Assembly (NCBI GenBank): GCA_964016885.1 | Contig: OZ024757.1 | Location: 27,342,001 to 27,406,000 of the forward strand | Length of the DNA: 64,000 nucleotides | Source: Eledone cirrhosa | Taxonomy: Eukaryota | Direction of reading: 5' to 3' | In this document: in pieces, positions 36,640 to 51,889 of the stretch | Numbering within the stretch: position 1 is the stretch's first letter | Layout: each line of letters opens with the position of its first letter | Notes under the pieces: model-generated | Database searches by the model: none | What the model was told of the DNA's origin: nothing | Seen by the model: the letters and a program-made list of their open reading frames with translations, nothing else | Translations under genes and position numbers: made by a program

Positions 36640-37278
36640 TGTATATATGTGTGTGTATGTGTGCGTGTGTATGTATATATATATATATATATTGAATCGG
36701 ACGAGATATTTCCATTTTCTTCAAACAAGATCTATTGTCAACGATTATTGTATTTATTTATTTATTCATTTATTTATTTACTTATTTATTCATTCATTCA
36801 TTCATTCATTTATTTATCTTTTCGTAACTTTACGAATTCCATAATTCCATCTACAAATACATATTTGACCAAAAAAACAGGTCATCATTGGAGCGCAAGA
36901 ATCAAGATTAGTTTTGAAAATTGCGTTAAGGAATTTAAAAAAAAAAAAGTTCTAGGTGAAAGCAGATGAAAGCAGTCTCGGACCAACAGAACGTTGGAGG
37001 TGACGTCATAGAAGAGATGGGATCAGATTGACACAGCGATATATATAAATCTATGTATCGGACATATTACTGTGACGATCGATGGCTATGATAATGCCAT
37101 CTGTAGTATTAACTTATAACACAGCTTTGATCCAGACTTTTGTGTATAGATACACAGGTCGTCAACCTTATAACGTAGCAGTCAAGTACTAGGATCGATA
37201 TAATCGACTCCGCCCCCACCAAATTGCTGGCATTGCACTCATATTAAAAACAATGTATTTTTATCATGGATTGACTTT

Positions 37279-37480
37279 TACGATGTAAGGCTGAAAAGTC
37301 CACAGGCTGACTATGAAGGAGTGATGCTATTGCTGTGAAATCTTGCATGCATTAATTTCAACTCTTCTTATTAATAAATGCATTGTTTTTTTCCAGGGGA
37401 TTATGTTGAAAAATAAACCTCATTTGGTCATTCCATGAGAGAATCTTGGTCAGACTATGAACTTTTTAGCCAACCTTCAC
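37279..37480. mobile_element. Mariner-type MITE, old
   Basis: TACGATGTAAGGCTGAAAAGTCCACAGGCTGAC / GTCAGACTATGAACTTTTTAGCCAACCTTC. Confidence 0.6.
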
Positions 37481-38231
37481 AAATGAAAAACTACAGGGTG
37501 TCTTCAAACAAATGAATACACACTTTGATTATCTGTACAGGCAATATTTATTAGAATGCTTTTGAAGTGTGTATACAATTTTTGGGAACACCATATCATA
37601 AAAGAATAACATTCAAGTAGAAGCTTTAGAATATCATATATGTATATATGAGCCCGTAATTCATGGTGGAATCGGAGGGAACACCTTTGCAATATACGGC
37701 ATTTCTTGAGCAATTTACACCTCCAAGTCTGAACTCAGTCAATTTCTCAATTTCTTTTTGAGCAGGATTTTCCAAACCTTTTCAAATGCGGAAGCTTTTG
37801 AGGGAACCCCAAAACCTAATACTGTCGTATTAAGGTCATAATATAAATATACTCCTCTACCTTTTTTTCACGGTTCCCCAGACACTCCTTTGCGGAGCCC
37901 TTGGCTTCCGTGGAACCCACTTTGGGAACCTCTGTTCTAGAGAAGGAGAAAGAGTGACGGAGAGGAAATAAGAAAAAGATATAGTGGAAGATCTGACCCA
38001 GTATTGGACTGGTACTTTATTTATCGACCTCAGTGGGATTTGAAATCAGAGAGCTGAAACGAATACCACAAAGCATCCTATCCGATGTTCTAACGACACT
38101 GCTAATTTACCGTCTTGGAGAATGCCATGTAGAACTATCAAACTCTACTAACAGAAGATCACATAGTAACCACCTTTTATTTTTTCAGAAACTCCCAAAA
38201 TATTTTAGCAGAGCCTTTCAATTTGTATGAA

Positions 38232-38540
38232 CGTTGGTATGGATATGCAGTCCGTTTTCCACCAGATCATCCTACCAGGGCCTTACTCTCATTCGACGCA
38301 CCGGCTGTAGGCTGGAAGAGGCCCCGCGGAAGGCCTCGCACCAGATGGCAGGGTATCACCGGGGAAGATCTCCAGAGGCTTGACATTACCTTCGAGGATG
38401 CAGAAGAGCTGGTACGGGACCGCCAGCGATGTGGGGGCGCTGGTGGACCTGGTCGTCCATATGCAGGACGATGATTTGGGATCGTTGGCTTAGGATGACC
38501 CCGGCGCCTTTCAGCAAGAGCAACAAGAAGAAGAAGAAGG
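38232..38540 (+). pseudogene. RTE-clade LINE 3' end with (AAG)n tail
   Basis: RWYGYAVRFPPDHPTRALL..WKRPRGRPRTRW..EDL..AEELVRDRQR, the classic RTE C-terminus. Confidence 0.8.
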
Positions 38541-38756
38541 TTGGGGACCACTAGTTTAGATTATATAACGGGAACTTTTGTGTTTCCAGAAATGAATACC
38601 AGTTAAATTATTAGAGTCGATTCAATTGACTTCTGTGGTTTCAAGTTCAGTGTTGAATATATGACAGTATTTGACAGATGCGAGGTTCGACTCTTCGCAG
38701 GTACTTCTGTCACTTTATTTTTCGTCTCTAACAGTATTTTACCCAATTTTGTTAAT

Positions 38757-38944
38757 AATTGTTTCTACTTTTGGCACAAGGCCAGCAATTACCCAGTACA
38801 TTACTGGTACTTTATTTTATCGACCTCGTAAGGATGAAAGGCAAAGTTAACCTCGGCGGGATTTGAACTCAGATCGTAAAGGGACGTAACTATGCTGGAA
38901 AGCATGGCGTCCGACCCTCTACCAATTCTGCCAATCCACCGCCC
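38757..38944 (-). mobile_element. OK-like SINE, full length, with TSD
   Basis: TTTTGTTAATAAT duplicated on both flanks. Confidence 0.9.
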
Positions 38945-39287
38945 TTTTGTTAATAATAGACTGTTATCACGATCATTTTTTCCGAGTTTGGAATGCTCAT
39001 ATTTTCAAATATCCTAACCCCCACGGCTTCGTAAATCATAAACTTAGATGTGTGTGTGTGTGTGTGTGTGTGTATATAAGACAATGAAAAGGTTGTTCCG
39101 TAGGAAGTGTGTATATGTATATATATATATACTGATGAGCTTTGGTTTTCCATCAGATATCCATCGGATTTCTGGGGTTTTACAAAGCGAAACTGATCAG
39201 TAAGGGCCATTAGAAGAGGTAAACATTTATATTATATTTTTTAATTTATTAAAAAAAATTGATTGAATTTTACTTGTTCTGCTTATC

Positions 39288-39346
<59 letters not shown>

Positions 39347-39763
39347 TGTGTGTGTATATGTATATATATGTATATATATGTATATATATAGAGAGAGTGT
39401 GTGTGTATATATATATATATCAGTGTGTGAGATGATAGAGTGAGAGAGAGAAATCGAGAGAGAGAGATCAGTGTGTGAGATGATTGAGAGAGAGATCAGT
39501 GTGTGAGATGATTGAGAGAGAGAGAGATATCAGTGTGTGAGATGATAGAGAGAGAGAGATATCAAGCTGCTAGAATACATAAAAGCAAAACTGAGATCCA
39601 TTTGTCTTAGATTAATTTCCATGTATTTATATATGTGTGTGTGTGTATACATATACATACACCCACCCATACAAACACGTGTATATATGTATACACATAA
39701 AATATATATAATGATTAAACGATATATGTAACCTCAGCATCTTATTTTGTTATTTTTATATAT

Positions 39764-39808
<45 letters not shown>

Positions 39809-39819
39809 CAATATAGAAA

Positions 39820-39870
39820 AGCTTCTACAGGACTAGAACTGTTTCATTCGTGAGAAATCATCAGGAAGCT
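39820..39870 (-). ncRNA. Hammerhead ribozyme motif, family D
   Basis: Reverse complement AGCTTC-CTGATGA-TTTC-TCAC-GAAT-GAAA-CAG-TTCTAGTC-CTG-TA-GAAGCT; GUA triplet. Confidence 0.75.
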
Positions 39871-40146
39871 GACTGTCCAAGTAAGCTTTTCTATATTAAA
39901 TATTTATACTGTGCTTTGTACCTTTCTAACTGTGGTTACCCCTGATTGAACCCGGGTTAAACTTATATGTACACACACACACACACACACACACAGACAC
40001 ACACACACACACACACATATATATGCAAACAAACACATATAGGCTGTCCCAAAAATGTATACACACATCAACAGTATTCTAATAAATATTGCTTGTACAG
40101 GTAATCAAAATATGTATGTATACATTTTTTTGGGGGGGACACCCTG

Positions 40147-40262
<116 letters not shown>

Positions 40263-40466
40263 TTATATATATTTGTAGTCATTGTTCACTGTATGCCATG
40301 AGTTTACTTGTGTATATATGGGGGAGGTATACGTGTGAATTTCTCTCTTTCTCTCTATATGTTTATCTATTTATCTACCTGTATGTATATATATACACAC
40401 ACATTATGTATATATATATATATATATATACGCACATACATTATATATATATACATACATATATAC

Positions 40467-40520
<54 letters not shown>

Positions 40521-40528
40521 TTACACAC

Positions 40529-40567
<39 letters not shown>

Positions 40568-40594
40568 CACACATATATATATATACACACACAC

Positions 40595-40654
<60 letters not shown>

Positions 40655-40792
40655 GGGGTGTTCTATTAAGTTGTTGATTTTAACGATCGAAAACTTTACC
40701 AAAAAATTCCTTGTTATCTTTGCAATGTTTACACCTTAAACAAACCGAAACGTGCACAGACACAGAGTGCAAGAAAGAGAGGGAATGTCTAG

Positions 40793-40836
<44 letters not shown>

Positions 40837-40989
40837 AAAGGGTGATGAGTAAGCTGAAAAGCCGCGTTGAAATAGAGAAAGAGGGCACAGGAAAAGTATT
40901 ACACACCTGTGCTGAGAATCGAACTCATGGTTCTCCCCCTGTGTGTGAAGGAGAGCGGGAGTCAGAGAGTGTGTGAGTAATATATATAA

Positions 40990-41114
<125 letters not shown>

Positions 41115-41290
41115 GTGAGTTTTATTGTAGAACAATAAAACTATGCATACATCGGATAAGTAGCACTCAACAGTTTATTGAACTGGAGTATATATAAGAA
41201 GAAATTAAAAGATGGTTAAAAAAGACACTTTCTTGACTAGACACTTTCTTGTTCACAAGTGTTTTTTTTAGGGATCATATCATGTTACCT

Positions 41291-41361
41291 TATTTTATCT
41301 GATGAGAACGCAACTATCGTCCCAGGATGATATTTGTTTTTGAAATGCGCATAATAAAATA
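41291..41361 (+). ncRNA. Hammerhead ribozyme motif, family C variant (fold-back element 41112-41400)
   Basis: TATTTTAT-CTGATGA-GAACGCAAC-TATCGTCC-CA-GGATGATA-TTTGTTTTT-GAAA-TGCGCA-TA-ATAAAATA. Confidence 0.75.
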
Positions 41362-41452
41362 TATGGAACTTTTTTAACCAACTTTTAATTTCTTCTTATA
41401 TATATATGTATGTATATATCCGTATATATATATATGTGTGTATATATATATA

Positions 41453-41527
<75 letters not shown>

Positions 41528-41824
41528 TTATATATATATACACATATACTTATATATGTGTGTGTGTTTGTAAAAGATAAACAGAAATAACAACAGTATA
41601 TGGAAGGAATATATTAGTTTAACGCTTGCAATAGCAGGAAGAGGGTTCTAACGTTTCGGACGCTAGTGCTTCATCAGAAGAAATATACACTTATAAATAT
41701 ATATATATATATATATACAGATATATATATAAATATATACATATATACATATATATACATGCATATATATATATACATATATATATATACATATATATAT
41801 ATATACATATATATATATAAATAA

Positions 41825-41873
<49 letters not shown>

Positions 41874-42133
41874 TATATATACATATATATATATATACAT
41901 ATATATATACATATATATGAGGTGAGGATGTTTTATTAAATTGTTGATTTTAATGATTGAAAACTTTACCATTGCAGTATTTGTACTGGTTCTTTATGAT
42001 GTGAGTCCCAAACCCGGCGTGGTCAACTTTGATTGTCATCATTCTGGGGTAGATAAAATAAAGAACCCGTTTAGTACTGGGGATGATTTAATCAACTTAG
42101 CTCGCCCACCCACCAAATTTGCTGGCCCTGTAC

Positions 42134-42313
42134 CCAGTCCGGATTTACCATTGTGCTTAGGTGTGCTTAAGCATAGGGTTGCGTTGGCCAGGAGCGGAAG
42201 CCCATCTTCCTGCAAAAAAATTGATTTTACCGGGCCTACGTCCTTCAGGCCCCTTACTTGGGGTCTCATAACTTAACTAACACAGGCCCTCAGTTGTCCT
42301 AAATCCGGCATTG
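42134..42313. mobile_element. hAT-type MITE
   Basis: CAGTCCGGATTTA ... TAAATCCGGCATTG; relatives at about 42890-43037 and 60043-60176. Confidence 0.6.
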
Positions 42314-43795
42314 CCTGTGCCTAAATAAAACTCAATATTAATTCCCACATCGATACAGAACTTGATGCAACAATTCAATAGTAGGTTTTGTTATAGAGAC
42401 CAACGTGTAAAATTGTGATACCATTTTATGTTGTATTGGATCGTCAAGTATGAAATTTGTAGTGAGGCATATGGTCATATGATTTTTTCTACAAATTTCA
42501 TACTTCAAAACATTGCAATATAAAAAGAAAATCCAAGTTTTCACAAAGGATATAAGTAGACGCGTCCCAAATCAAGGAGAACTGACCCTGTTACCGAGAA
42601 AATAAATTGCTTTGATAGTTTGTTAAGAATTTGAGTGTATGACAGCAAAAGAAATCAGTATTTTTTATGTCTAACAGAAGAAGCATGCGTTGTTAAATCG
42701 GCGTCATGAGTTAAGATTTCAACATCGTATAATTTACTTAAAACTTTACTATGGCGTGCGGAGAATCGTTACAACTCTGGGTAGATATCTTAGAGGTATT
42801 TGTTCTAGTTTTCTCTGCTGTCCGTGTTCAAATCTAGTTGAGGTCAATTTTACCTTTTATCCTTTCAGGTCAGTGTTGAATTTAGAACAAACGAGGCTCT
42901 GTGCTAGTTAAGTTATGAGGCCTTAAACATTTGAAAAATTCATCGTACAAAATCTTTTTGGCAGGAAGATGGACCCTTTCCTGGTCAAAGAGGCCCTGTG
43001 CATAAACACATCTAAGCACAATGATAAATCCGACAGTTTCAGGTCGATAACAAAACACTGAATCAGTTCAGTACTAGGGTTCGATCTTCCTCTCTATCTC
43101 GTTCTCATTTCCTCTTTATCACCCCTTCTCTTTCTCTGGAAGAAATCGATTATATCCAGACCTGGAGAGACGATGGGCTCCGACAGGTTTAATGTACCCA
43201 AGACACGTCACATCCTATAGCGGGACAGCGCCCCCACGACTCTATCAGAAGTTACGGGTACACACATGCGCTATTACTATCTACGTCGGACACCATGCTT
43301 CGCAGCGTAGGTTTACGGCCCTTTACGTTCTGAGTTTAAATCCCGCCGAAGTTAGCTTTGCCTTTCATCCTTACGGGGGGTCGATAAAATGAAACATGTA
43401 CTGGTATCGATTTGATTGACTATCCTCTTCCCCAACATGGTTGGCCTTCTGCCTGAATCAGAAATCATTACTTCGTCTATCAAATTTGAATATTGTGGAT
43501 CCGTTAGACAATTTGACCACAAGTTTATTGTGTAAATAGGTGTAGATATAACGTAATTAAGATTTATAAAGAAATTACTGAGAAAGATAAGGGTTTGGTG
43601 GTCCTTAAGAAGAAAAGGTGTTACTTTTAGTTTGTCAAAAGAAAAGTGGTCCCATATATTTAAGAATCGCCACACTAGGGTCACATAACTGCTGCTTAAA
43701 AGTTTCGTTTCCGATAATAAGCCAGAATATATATATATATATACATTACATATCTTTATAGTATATATATACTTAACATATATATATATATATAT

Positions 43796-43826
<31 letters not shown>

Positions 43827-43914
43827 CAATCAATCAATATATATTGATATATATATATTGATACATATTGATATATATATAGATATATCAATATATATAT
43901 TGATATATATATAT

Positions 43915-44011
<97 letters not shown>

Positions 44012-44026
44012 TATAAATATATATAT

Positions 44027-44063
<37 letters not shown>

Positions 44064-44067
<4 letters not shown>

Positions 44068-44256
44068 AACGAGTAGGACCCCGACGGCTGAGCTCAAGCC
44101 GTTTCGACGGCTAATTCAGTACAGAATTAGCCGTCGAAACGGCTTGAGCTCAGCCGTCGGGGTTCTATTCGTTCCTATTACCCACTCTACTACCCTAAGT
44201 ATTGAGTACTTTGGTGCGTTATGGTCCACCTGGTTCCTTACCACATTTCCTTCGTT
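44064..44256. mobile_element. PLE family A fold-back copy
   Basis: Arms 44064-44116 / 44124-44177; plus arm GAAA-CGGCT-TGAGCTC-AGCCG-TC-GGGGT, tail to CTTCGTT|(AT)n. Further copies at 46872-47036 and 49501-49678; variants at 30671-30840, 48501-48560 and 49777-49912. Confidence 0.8.
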
Positions 44257-44278
44257 ATATATATATATATATATATCA

Positions 44279-44313
<35 letters not shown>

Positions 44314-44354
44314 TCAATATAAACATATATATACACACATATATATATATGTAT

Positions 44355-44444
<90 letters not shown>

Positions 44445-44566
44445 TTATATATATATATATATATATACATATATATATTGATATATATTGATATTGATAT
44501 ATATAAATATATATATATATATTGATATATATTGATATTGATATATATAAATATATATATATATAT

Positions 44567-44624
<58 letters not shown>

Positions 44625-44885
44625 ATATGTATATATATATATAAATGCATATATATATATCAATATAAACACATATATACACACACACATATATACATTT
44701 ATATACACACACACACACATATATACATATATATACACACACACACATATATACATATATATATATGCACACACATAATTCAGATTATTTTGTCCCGATT
44801 AATCATAGAGCAACAATGGTTAAGGTTAGCACCACATAAATTCAGGGTGTGTACATGCATGTACCTGTGTATTTCTTTTTATTAT

Positions 44886-44918
<33 letters not shown>

Positions 44919-45010
44919 ACGAAGGAGTTATGGTAAGGGACCAGATGGACCATAACGCACCAGAGTACTCAATACTTAGGGTAGTACAGTGGGTAATAGG
45001 AGAAAGTATG

Positions 45011-45109
45011 ACCCCGACGGCAGAGCTCAAGCCGTTTCTACGGCTATTTCTGGACTAAAGTAAGAGTTTTTTTCGTGTGGAAAATAAATAGCCGAACTTT
45101 TCAAGGGGT
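45011..45109 (-). ncRNA. Complete family A hammerhead motif (core drifted to TTGAAAA), in element 44918-45241
   Basis: Reverse complement ACCCC-TTGAAAA-GTT-CGGCTATTT-[36 nt]-AAATAGCCG-TA-GAAA-CGGCTTGAGCTCTGCCG-TC-GGGGT. Confidence 0.65.
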
Positions 45110-45264
45110 ACTTCCTTATAGGGGAAGATTGTAGTTGTCAAGAGGATGGGTCAAAATTTGTAGCAGACACAGAAAAGTCTATAATCCAGAAATAGCCGTC
45201 GAAACGGCTTGAGCTCTGCCGTCGGAGTCATACTTTCTCCTATATATATACATACACACATATA

Positions 45265-45304
<40 letters not shown>

Positions 45305-45401
45305 CATGCATATATATAGATTCATATATATACATACACATATATACATACATATATAGACATACATATACATACAAATATATACATACATATATATACA
45401 T

Positions 45402-45465
<64 letters not shown>

Positions 45466-45632
45466 ATGTTTGTTTGTTTATAAATACATATGTAAATATG
45501 TATACATATATGTATATATATGTATTTCTATATATGTAATGCATACATATAAATAAAAATTTCAGTACATATATATTCTAATAAATATGTCTGTACAGGT
45601 AATCAAAGTGTGTATACATTTTTTGGAACACC

Positions 45633-45687
<55 letters not shown>

Positions 45688-45756
45688 CACATACATAATT
45701 TAAGTAAGTTAATTTCTTAGAAAACATTTTTTTAAAGAAATTTTCTTATTTTACGT

Positions 45757-45808
<52 letters not shown>

Positions 45809-45842
45809 CACGCACACAAACATATCAATCCATAAACACTGA

Positions 45843-46096
45843 CAAGAATGTATATAAATGTAAACATGTAAACATACAATATATATATATATATACAAGA
45901 ATGTATATAAATGTAAACATGTAAACATACAATATACATATATATATATACAAGAATGTATATAAATGTAAACATGTAAACATACAATATATATATATAT
46001 ATACAAGAATGTATATAAATGTAAACATGTAAACATACAATATATATATATATATATATACAAGAATGTATATAAATGTAAACATGTAAACATACA

Positions 46097-46100
<4 letters not shown>
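45843..46100. repeat. Minisatellite CAAGAATGTATATAAATGTAAACATGTAAACATACAA(TA)n x5
   Basis: Five near-identical units of about 52-58 bp. Confidence 0.9.
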
Positions 46101-46153
<53 letters not shown>

Positions 46154-46573
46154 ATTTTGTAATTGCGTGTGAATTTGTATACATGCGTGTATACGTGTGT
46201 GTGTGTGTGTAAACATACACAACACACAGACTATTATGATACAGGTAGACGAGACTAGCTTACCTGCTTACTGGTCTTATGTGACTTTGTAGTTTGAATA
46301 TAACAACAGATTTAAACACACACACACACACAGACACACACTCACAGACACACAGACATATACACATATGTAGAGAGAGAGAGAGAGAGAGAGTTAGAAG
46401 TTGTTGAGTTCGGCTTACGTCTATGTACTCGTTGTGAGGTGACAATATACATAACAAACTTTTATATTACAAACTCATACACACATATACTTTTATATGC
46501 TTATATGAGAGCACAGATATGTATATGTATATATATACATATACATATACATTTATAAAACAAATCTGTATTG

Positions 46574-46639
46574 TATTTTATCTGATGAAAGCGCACCATA
46601 ATTTGCCTTGGTGGCCCTTGAAATATGTATAATAAAATA
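46574..46639 (+). ncRNA. Hammerhead ribozyme motif, family C2
   Basis: TATTTTAT-CTGATGA-AAG-CG-CACCA-TAATTTGCCT-TGGTG-GCC-CTT-GAAA-TATGTA-TA-ATAAAATA. Confidence 0.7.
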
Positions 46640-46784
46640 AATATGGTTTTATAAATATAGTTTCCATTTGTTAATTTATTGTATATTTACTCCACTAACT
46701 TGTTGGGTGCTTTATATCAGTTATAAAAATGTTCAAGCTTGTTGAATCCCAACAAATTAAATATAACCTCTGCATATATATGTA

Positions 46785-46826
<42 letters not shown>

Positions 46827-47034
46827 AATATGATAAAGAGAGATAAACGCATATATATATATATATATATATAGGAACGAGTAGGACCCCGACGGCTGAG
46901 CTCAAGCCGTTTCGACGGCTACTTCTGGACTCAGCCGTCGGGGTCCTTCTCGTTCCTATTACCCACTCTACTACCCTAAGTATTGAGTACTTTGGTGCGT
47001 TATGGTCCACCTGGTTCCTTACCACATTTCCTTC

Positions 47035-47110
<76 letters not shown>

Positions 47111-47193
47111 CGTGTGTATGTGTGTGTGTTCAAATTATAAGGGACCGAAATTGTAAGCGACTATTCTGAGTTTCTAACTCAATATATACTTTT

Positions 47194-47260
<67 letters not shown>

Positions 47261-47354
47261 ATATATAGGTAAGTTATTCCGCGTTGAATCGGAGGTAACC
47301 ACAGTAAGTAAGGTACTCAATACATAGCAGAGTATAAAAGTTTTAATATAGATG

Positions 47355-47405
47355 AGATTCTACAGGACTAGAACTGTTTCATTCTTTAGAAATCATCAGG
47401 AATCT
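47355..47405 (-). ncRNA. Hammerhead ribozyme motif, family D
   Basis: Reverse complement AGATTC-CTGATGA-TTTCT-AA-AGAAT-GAAA-CAG-TTCTAGTC-CTG-TA-GAATCT; upstream UTR-like sequence 47455-47780 contains a direct repeat of about 190 bp. Confidence 0.75.
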
Positions 47406-47779
47406 GGCTGACCAAAATAAATGCTGTGGTATTTATATCTTTTCTGGTGGTAGGAGAGGGTGGGGAGTGGGATGGGTGGAGGTCATTGGTTGAAAGAAAA
47501 AGGGAATTCATTAAAAGTTAATTCTTTAAGGCTATAATTTATATTTAGGGTAACAAAGGCAGAAAAAATTCTATAAACAAGTTCAAATTGGGGTACCACT
47601 CCTTATTTTTAAGTTTCTCTTAAGCTAACAATGCCTATATTTCAGGTGTCTATAAGATGGTTGGGGGGGTCGGTCATGGTTGATGGGTTTAAAGAAAAGG
47701 GAAATTCTTTAAAAGCTAATTCTTTAAAGCTCTACTTAGAGTGACAAAGGCCGAGAGAATTCTATAAACCAGTTCAAAT

Positions 47780-47966
47780 ATTGTTTCTACTTTAGGCACA
47801 AGGCCAGCAATTACCCAGTGCATTACTGGTACTTTATTTTATCAACCCTGTAAGGATGAAAGGCAAAGTCAACCTCGGCGGGATTTGAACTCAGATCATA
47901 AAGGGACGTAACTATGCTGGAAAGCATGGCGTCCGACCCTCTACCGATACTGCCAATCCACCGCCT
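47780..47966 (-). mobile_element. OK-like SINE, full length, with long TSD
   Basis: TAAACCAGTTCAAATATTG at 47765-47783 and 47967-47985. Confidence 0.9.
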
Positions 47967-48208
47967 TAAACCAGTTCAAATATTGGGTGCCTATCATTAT
48001 TGTCATGTTTCTCTTAAGCTATATTTATATATATATATATGTTTGTGTGTGTGTGTGTGTGTGTGTATACATGGGCCGTGGAACTGGGGAGGGGGAGGCA
48101 GGGGTGACAAAATGCATAACAAACATTTATTTTACAAACTCATACATATACACATTTATGTTTATCTGAGAGCAAAAATGCGTGTGTATATATATGTGTA
48201 TGTGTGTG

Positions 48209-48477
48209 CAGGGGCGGTGGAACTGGGGTGGTAGGAGGGTGGGATGACCCCCCACCCCGCCAATAATTATATTTTTCTCCCCAAGTTACCAAAAAACACA
48301 TCCATTTGTATATGTGTTACAATTTATGCCCCTGTTATGTTTACCACATATCGAAGTTTTTTTTATATCTTAGTTGAGGTTGATATTTGATAATAACCGT
48401 TAACCAAATCACTACAACTAAATTGTCCAAATTTAGCCTCATCCCCACTCAATTCAGAAATGCTACCACCACCCCTG
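48209..48477. mobile_element. hAT-type MITE
   Basis: CAGGGGCGGTGGAAC ... CTACCACCACCCCTG; second copy at 58260-58750. Confidence 0.7.
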
Positions 48478-48558
48478 ATATATATATATATATATATACA
48501 TGAAAAGAGTCAGGACCCCGACGGCTGAGCTCCGGCCGTTTCGACAGCAGGATCTGAA

Positions 48559-48607
<49 letters not shown>

Positions 48608-48694
48608 TACATACATATATATATACGTATATATATATATATTTATATATACCTATTTATATATATTTATATCGAACTTCGAATATGCTCTACT

Positions 48695-48806
<112 letters not shown>

Positions 48807-49178
48807 TATACACACATGTGTACATATACACATATGTATGACCATGTGGTTAGGGTGTTGGATTTTCGATCGTTATATCGCGGAATCGCATTTTGCTCTC
48901 GATCAAAGCACTTCATTCACATAGGTCCGTCCGGTCTACTCAGGTGTACCAGTAGTAGCTGCCAGTATGATAGACTGGTGTCCTGTTCAGAGGGTGGTCT
49001 TGTACTTAACTGCTAACGAAACCGGGTGAAGCGCCAGCCAGATGACCCCCTCTTGCGACAGACTTTTGATTAAAATCTCTATGGTTTTTATATATTATCC
49101 TTATCGAGCCCTCTTCGGATTTTAGCCTTCACATTTATTATTACTATATATATATATAATATAATATATATATATATA

Positions 49179-49267
<89 letters not shown>

Positions 49268-49676
49268 GTAAAAATTTGAACAGGAACAAAACAGAGAGGC
49301 AGTACAACGAATGTTTATTAATTTCACGCTCTGGAGAGTGGGGTGGTGGTGGGGAACGACGTTTCGGGCATAAGCCCTTCCTCGGGTGAGAAAGTGTGTG
49401 GGAACAGAGTTCAAAGGGTGTGTAGGGGAGTGGTGGAGAGACATATAGCGAAAGGAAACGGTGCGAATGAAATTAAAAATAAATATATATATATATATAT
49501 AACGAAGGAAATGTGGTAAGGAACCAGATGGACCATAACGCACCAAAGTACTCAATACTTAGGGTAGTAGAGTGGGTAATAGGAACAAGTATGACCCCGA
49601 CGGCAGAGCTCAAGCCGTTTCGACGGCTAATTCTGGACAGAATGTCCAGAATTAGCCGTCGGGTCATACTTGTTCC

Positions 49677-49772
<96 letters not shown>

Positions 49773-49911
49773 TCAGATTGGAGGCGGTAAAAACCAGTTA
49801 GACCATTACTCACCAGAGTACTCGATACTTGGGGTAGTAGAGTGGGTAATATGAAAAAATGCAGGACCCCGACGGCTGAGCTCCGGCCAATTCAACAGCG
49901 AGATCCAAACG

Positions 49912-49956
<45 letters not shown>

Positions 49957-50039
49957 AAAGTTCTATTTAAAATTGTTGGGATACAACAAGTAAATATTTT
50001 TATAACTGATATAAAGCACTCGACAAGTATTTGGAGTAG

Positions 50040-50381
<342 letters not shown>

Positions 50382-50393
50382 ATATTATATATA

Positions 50394-50424
<31 letters not shown>

Positions 50425-50433
50425 AATATATAA

Positions 50434-50482
<49 letters not shown>

Positions 50483-50711
50483 CATACATACACGTGTGTG
50501 TGTTTACTACGAAGTTTCGCCGGTAGTACTGGCATCATAAAAAGTGTTGAGTCCTTCGTTCTGTGAACAACTATAAAACAAGGGTTATGTAAAGGGGTGT
50601 TATCTAAGTAGCCACGCTGTGTGAACGAACCCAGGGCCGAACTATTTTGAATGGAACTCATACCCAACTCTTAACACAAATACAACAAAACTGTAAGACA
50701 TTCATCCATGC

Positions 50712-51010
50712 ATTATCATGCTTTGACCCTTGCCATTCTGAGTTCAAATCCCGCTGAGGTTAACTTTGCCTTTCATCCATACGGGGTTGATAAAATAAAG
50801 TACCAGTAATGTACTGGGTAATTGCTGGCCTTGTGCCAATAGTAGAAACAATTATCATGCTTTGACGCATAGAGTTACGGTCCTTGCCATTCGGAGTTCA
50901 AATCCCGCCGAGGTTAACTTTGCCTATCATCCTTACGGGGTCGATAAAATAAAGTACCAGTAATACACTGGGTATTTGCTGGCCTTGTGCCAAAAGTAGA
51001 AACAATTATC
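50712..51010 (+). mobile_element. Two tandem 5'-truncated OK-like SINEs
   Basis: ATTATCATGCTTTGAC..GAGTTCAAATCC..AGAAACA repeated twice. Confidence 0.8.
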
Positions 51011-51046
51011 ATATATATGTATACATACAAACACACATACACACAC

Positions 51047-51095
<49 letters not shown>

Positions 51096-51132
51096 TATGT
51101 ATGTAAATATATGTATATATATATATATGAAT

Positions 51133-51183
<51 letters not shown>

Positions 51184-51269
51184 AATGTATGTATGTATAT
51201 GTGTATATATATATATGAGTATATATATATATATATGAGTGTATATATATGTGTATATATATATATGAG

Positions 51270-51325
<56 letters not shown>

Positions 51326-51639
51326 TATGTATGTGTATATATATATATATGTATATAAAGTGCTAAGAGTCCGGCTTACCTGTTATGTACTACTGACGAG
51401 GTGAGGACAATACTGTTGTTGTTTGACCACAACAAACCAACCAATTCGTCTTCCCTTTTCCTTCTGTCTTTTACTAACAGACAGTTCAGTTGATGTTATG
51501 TTTGTTGTTGTTGCTGTAGTTGCTGTTATTTTGTTGTTTATATATTTTTACCTTCCGATCTCTAGTCCAAGGTGTAAACACTGCTGATTCAAAGCCACCT
51601 GCTCTTCCCCCTCTCATATACATTTATTCTATCTTTCTC

Positions 51640-51732
51640 CTTTTCTCTTTCTCTCTCTGTCTCTCTTTCTCTCTTACTTTTCGTCTCTATCTCTCACATA
51701 CACGCATATGCACACATAACATACACCACACA

Positions 51733-51765
<33 letters not shown>

Positions 51766-51857
51766 ACTTACATACACACTCACCCTCGCTCTCTCTCACA
51801 TTTACACATATTTTCTCTCTCAGACACACATATATGCACACATAACACCCCCACCGT

Positions 51858-51889
<32 letters not shown>

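Noticed and set aside
42338-42660. Short ORFs in unique-looking AT-rich DNA (also 35090-35265, 43470-43690, 11241-11441)
   Set aside because: No motifs or splice signals recognised; probably decayed TE sequence but not assignable.
46264-46284. Possible minus-strand microexon ending at CAG|GTAAGC
   Set aside because: Good donor but poor acceptor; such donors occur by chance.
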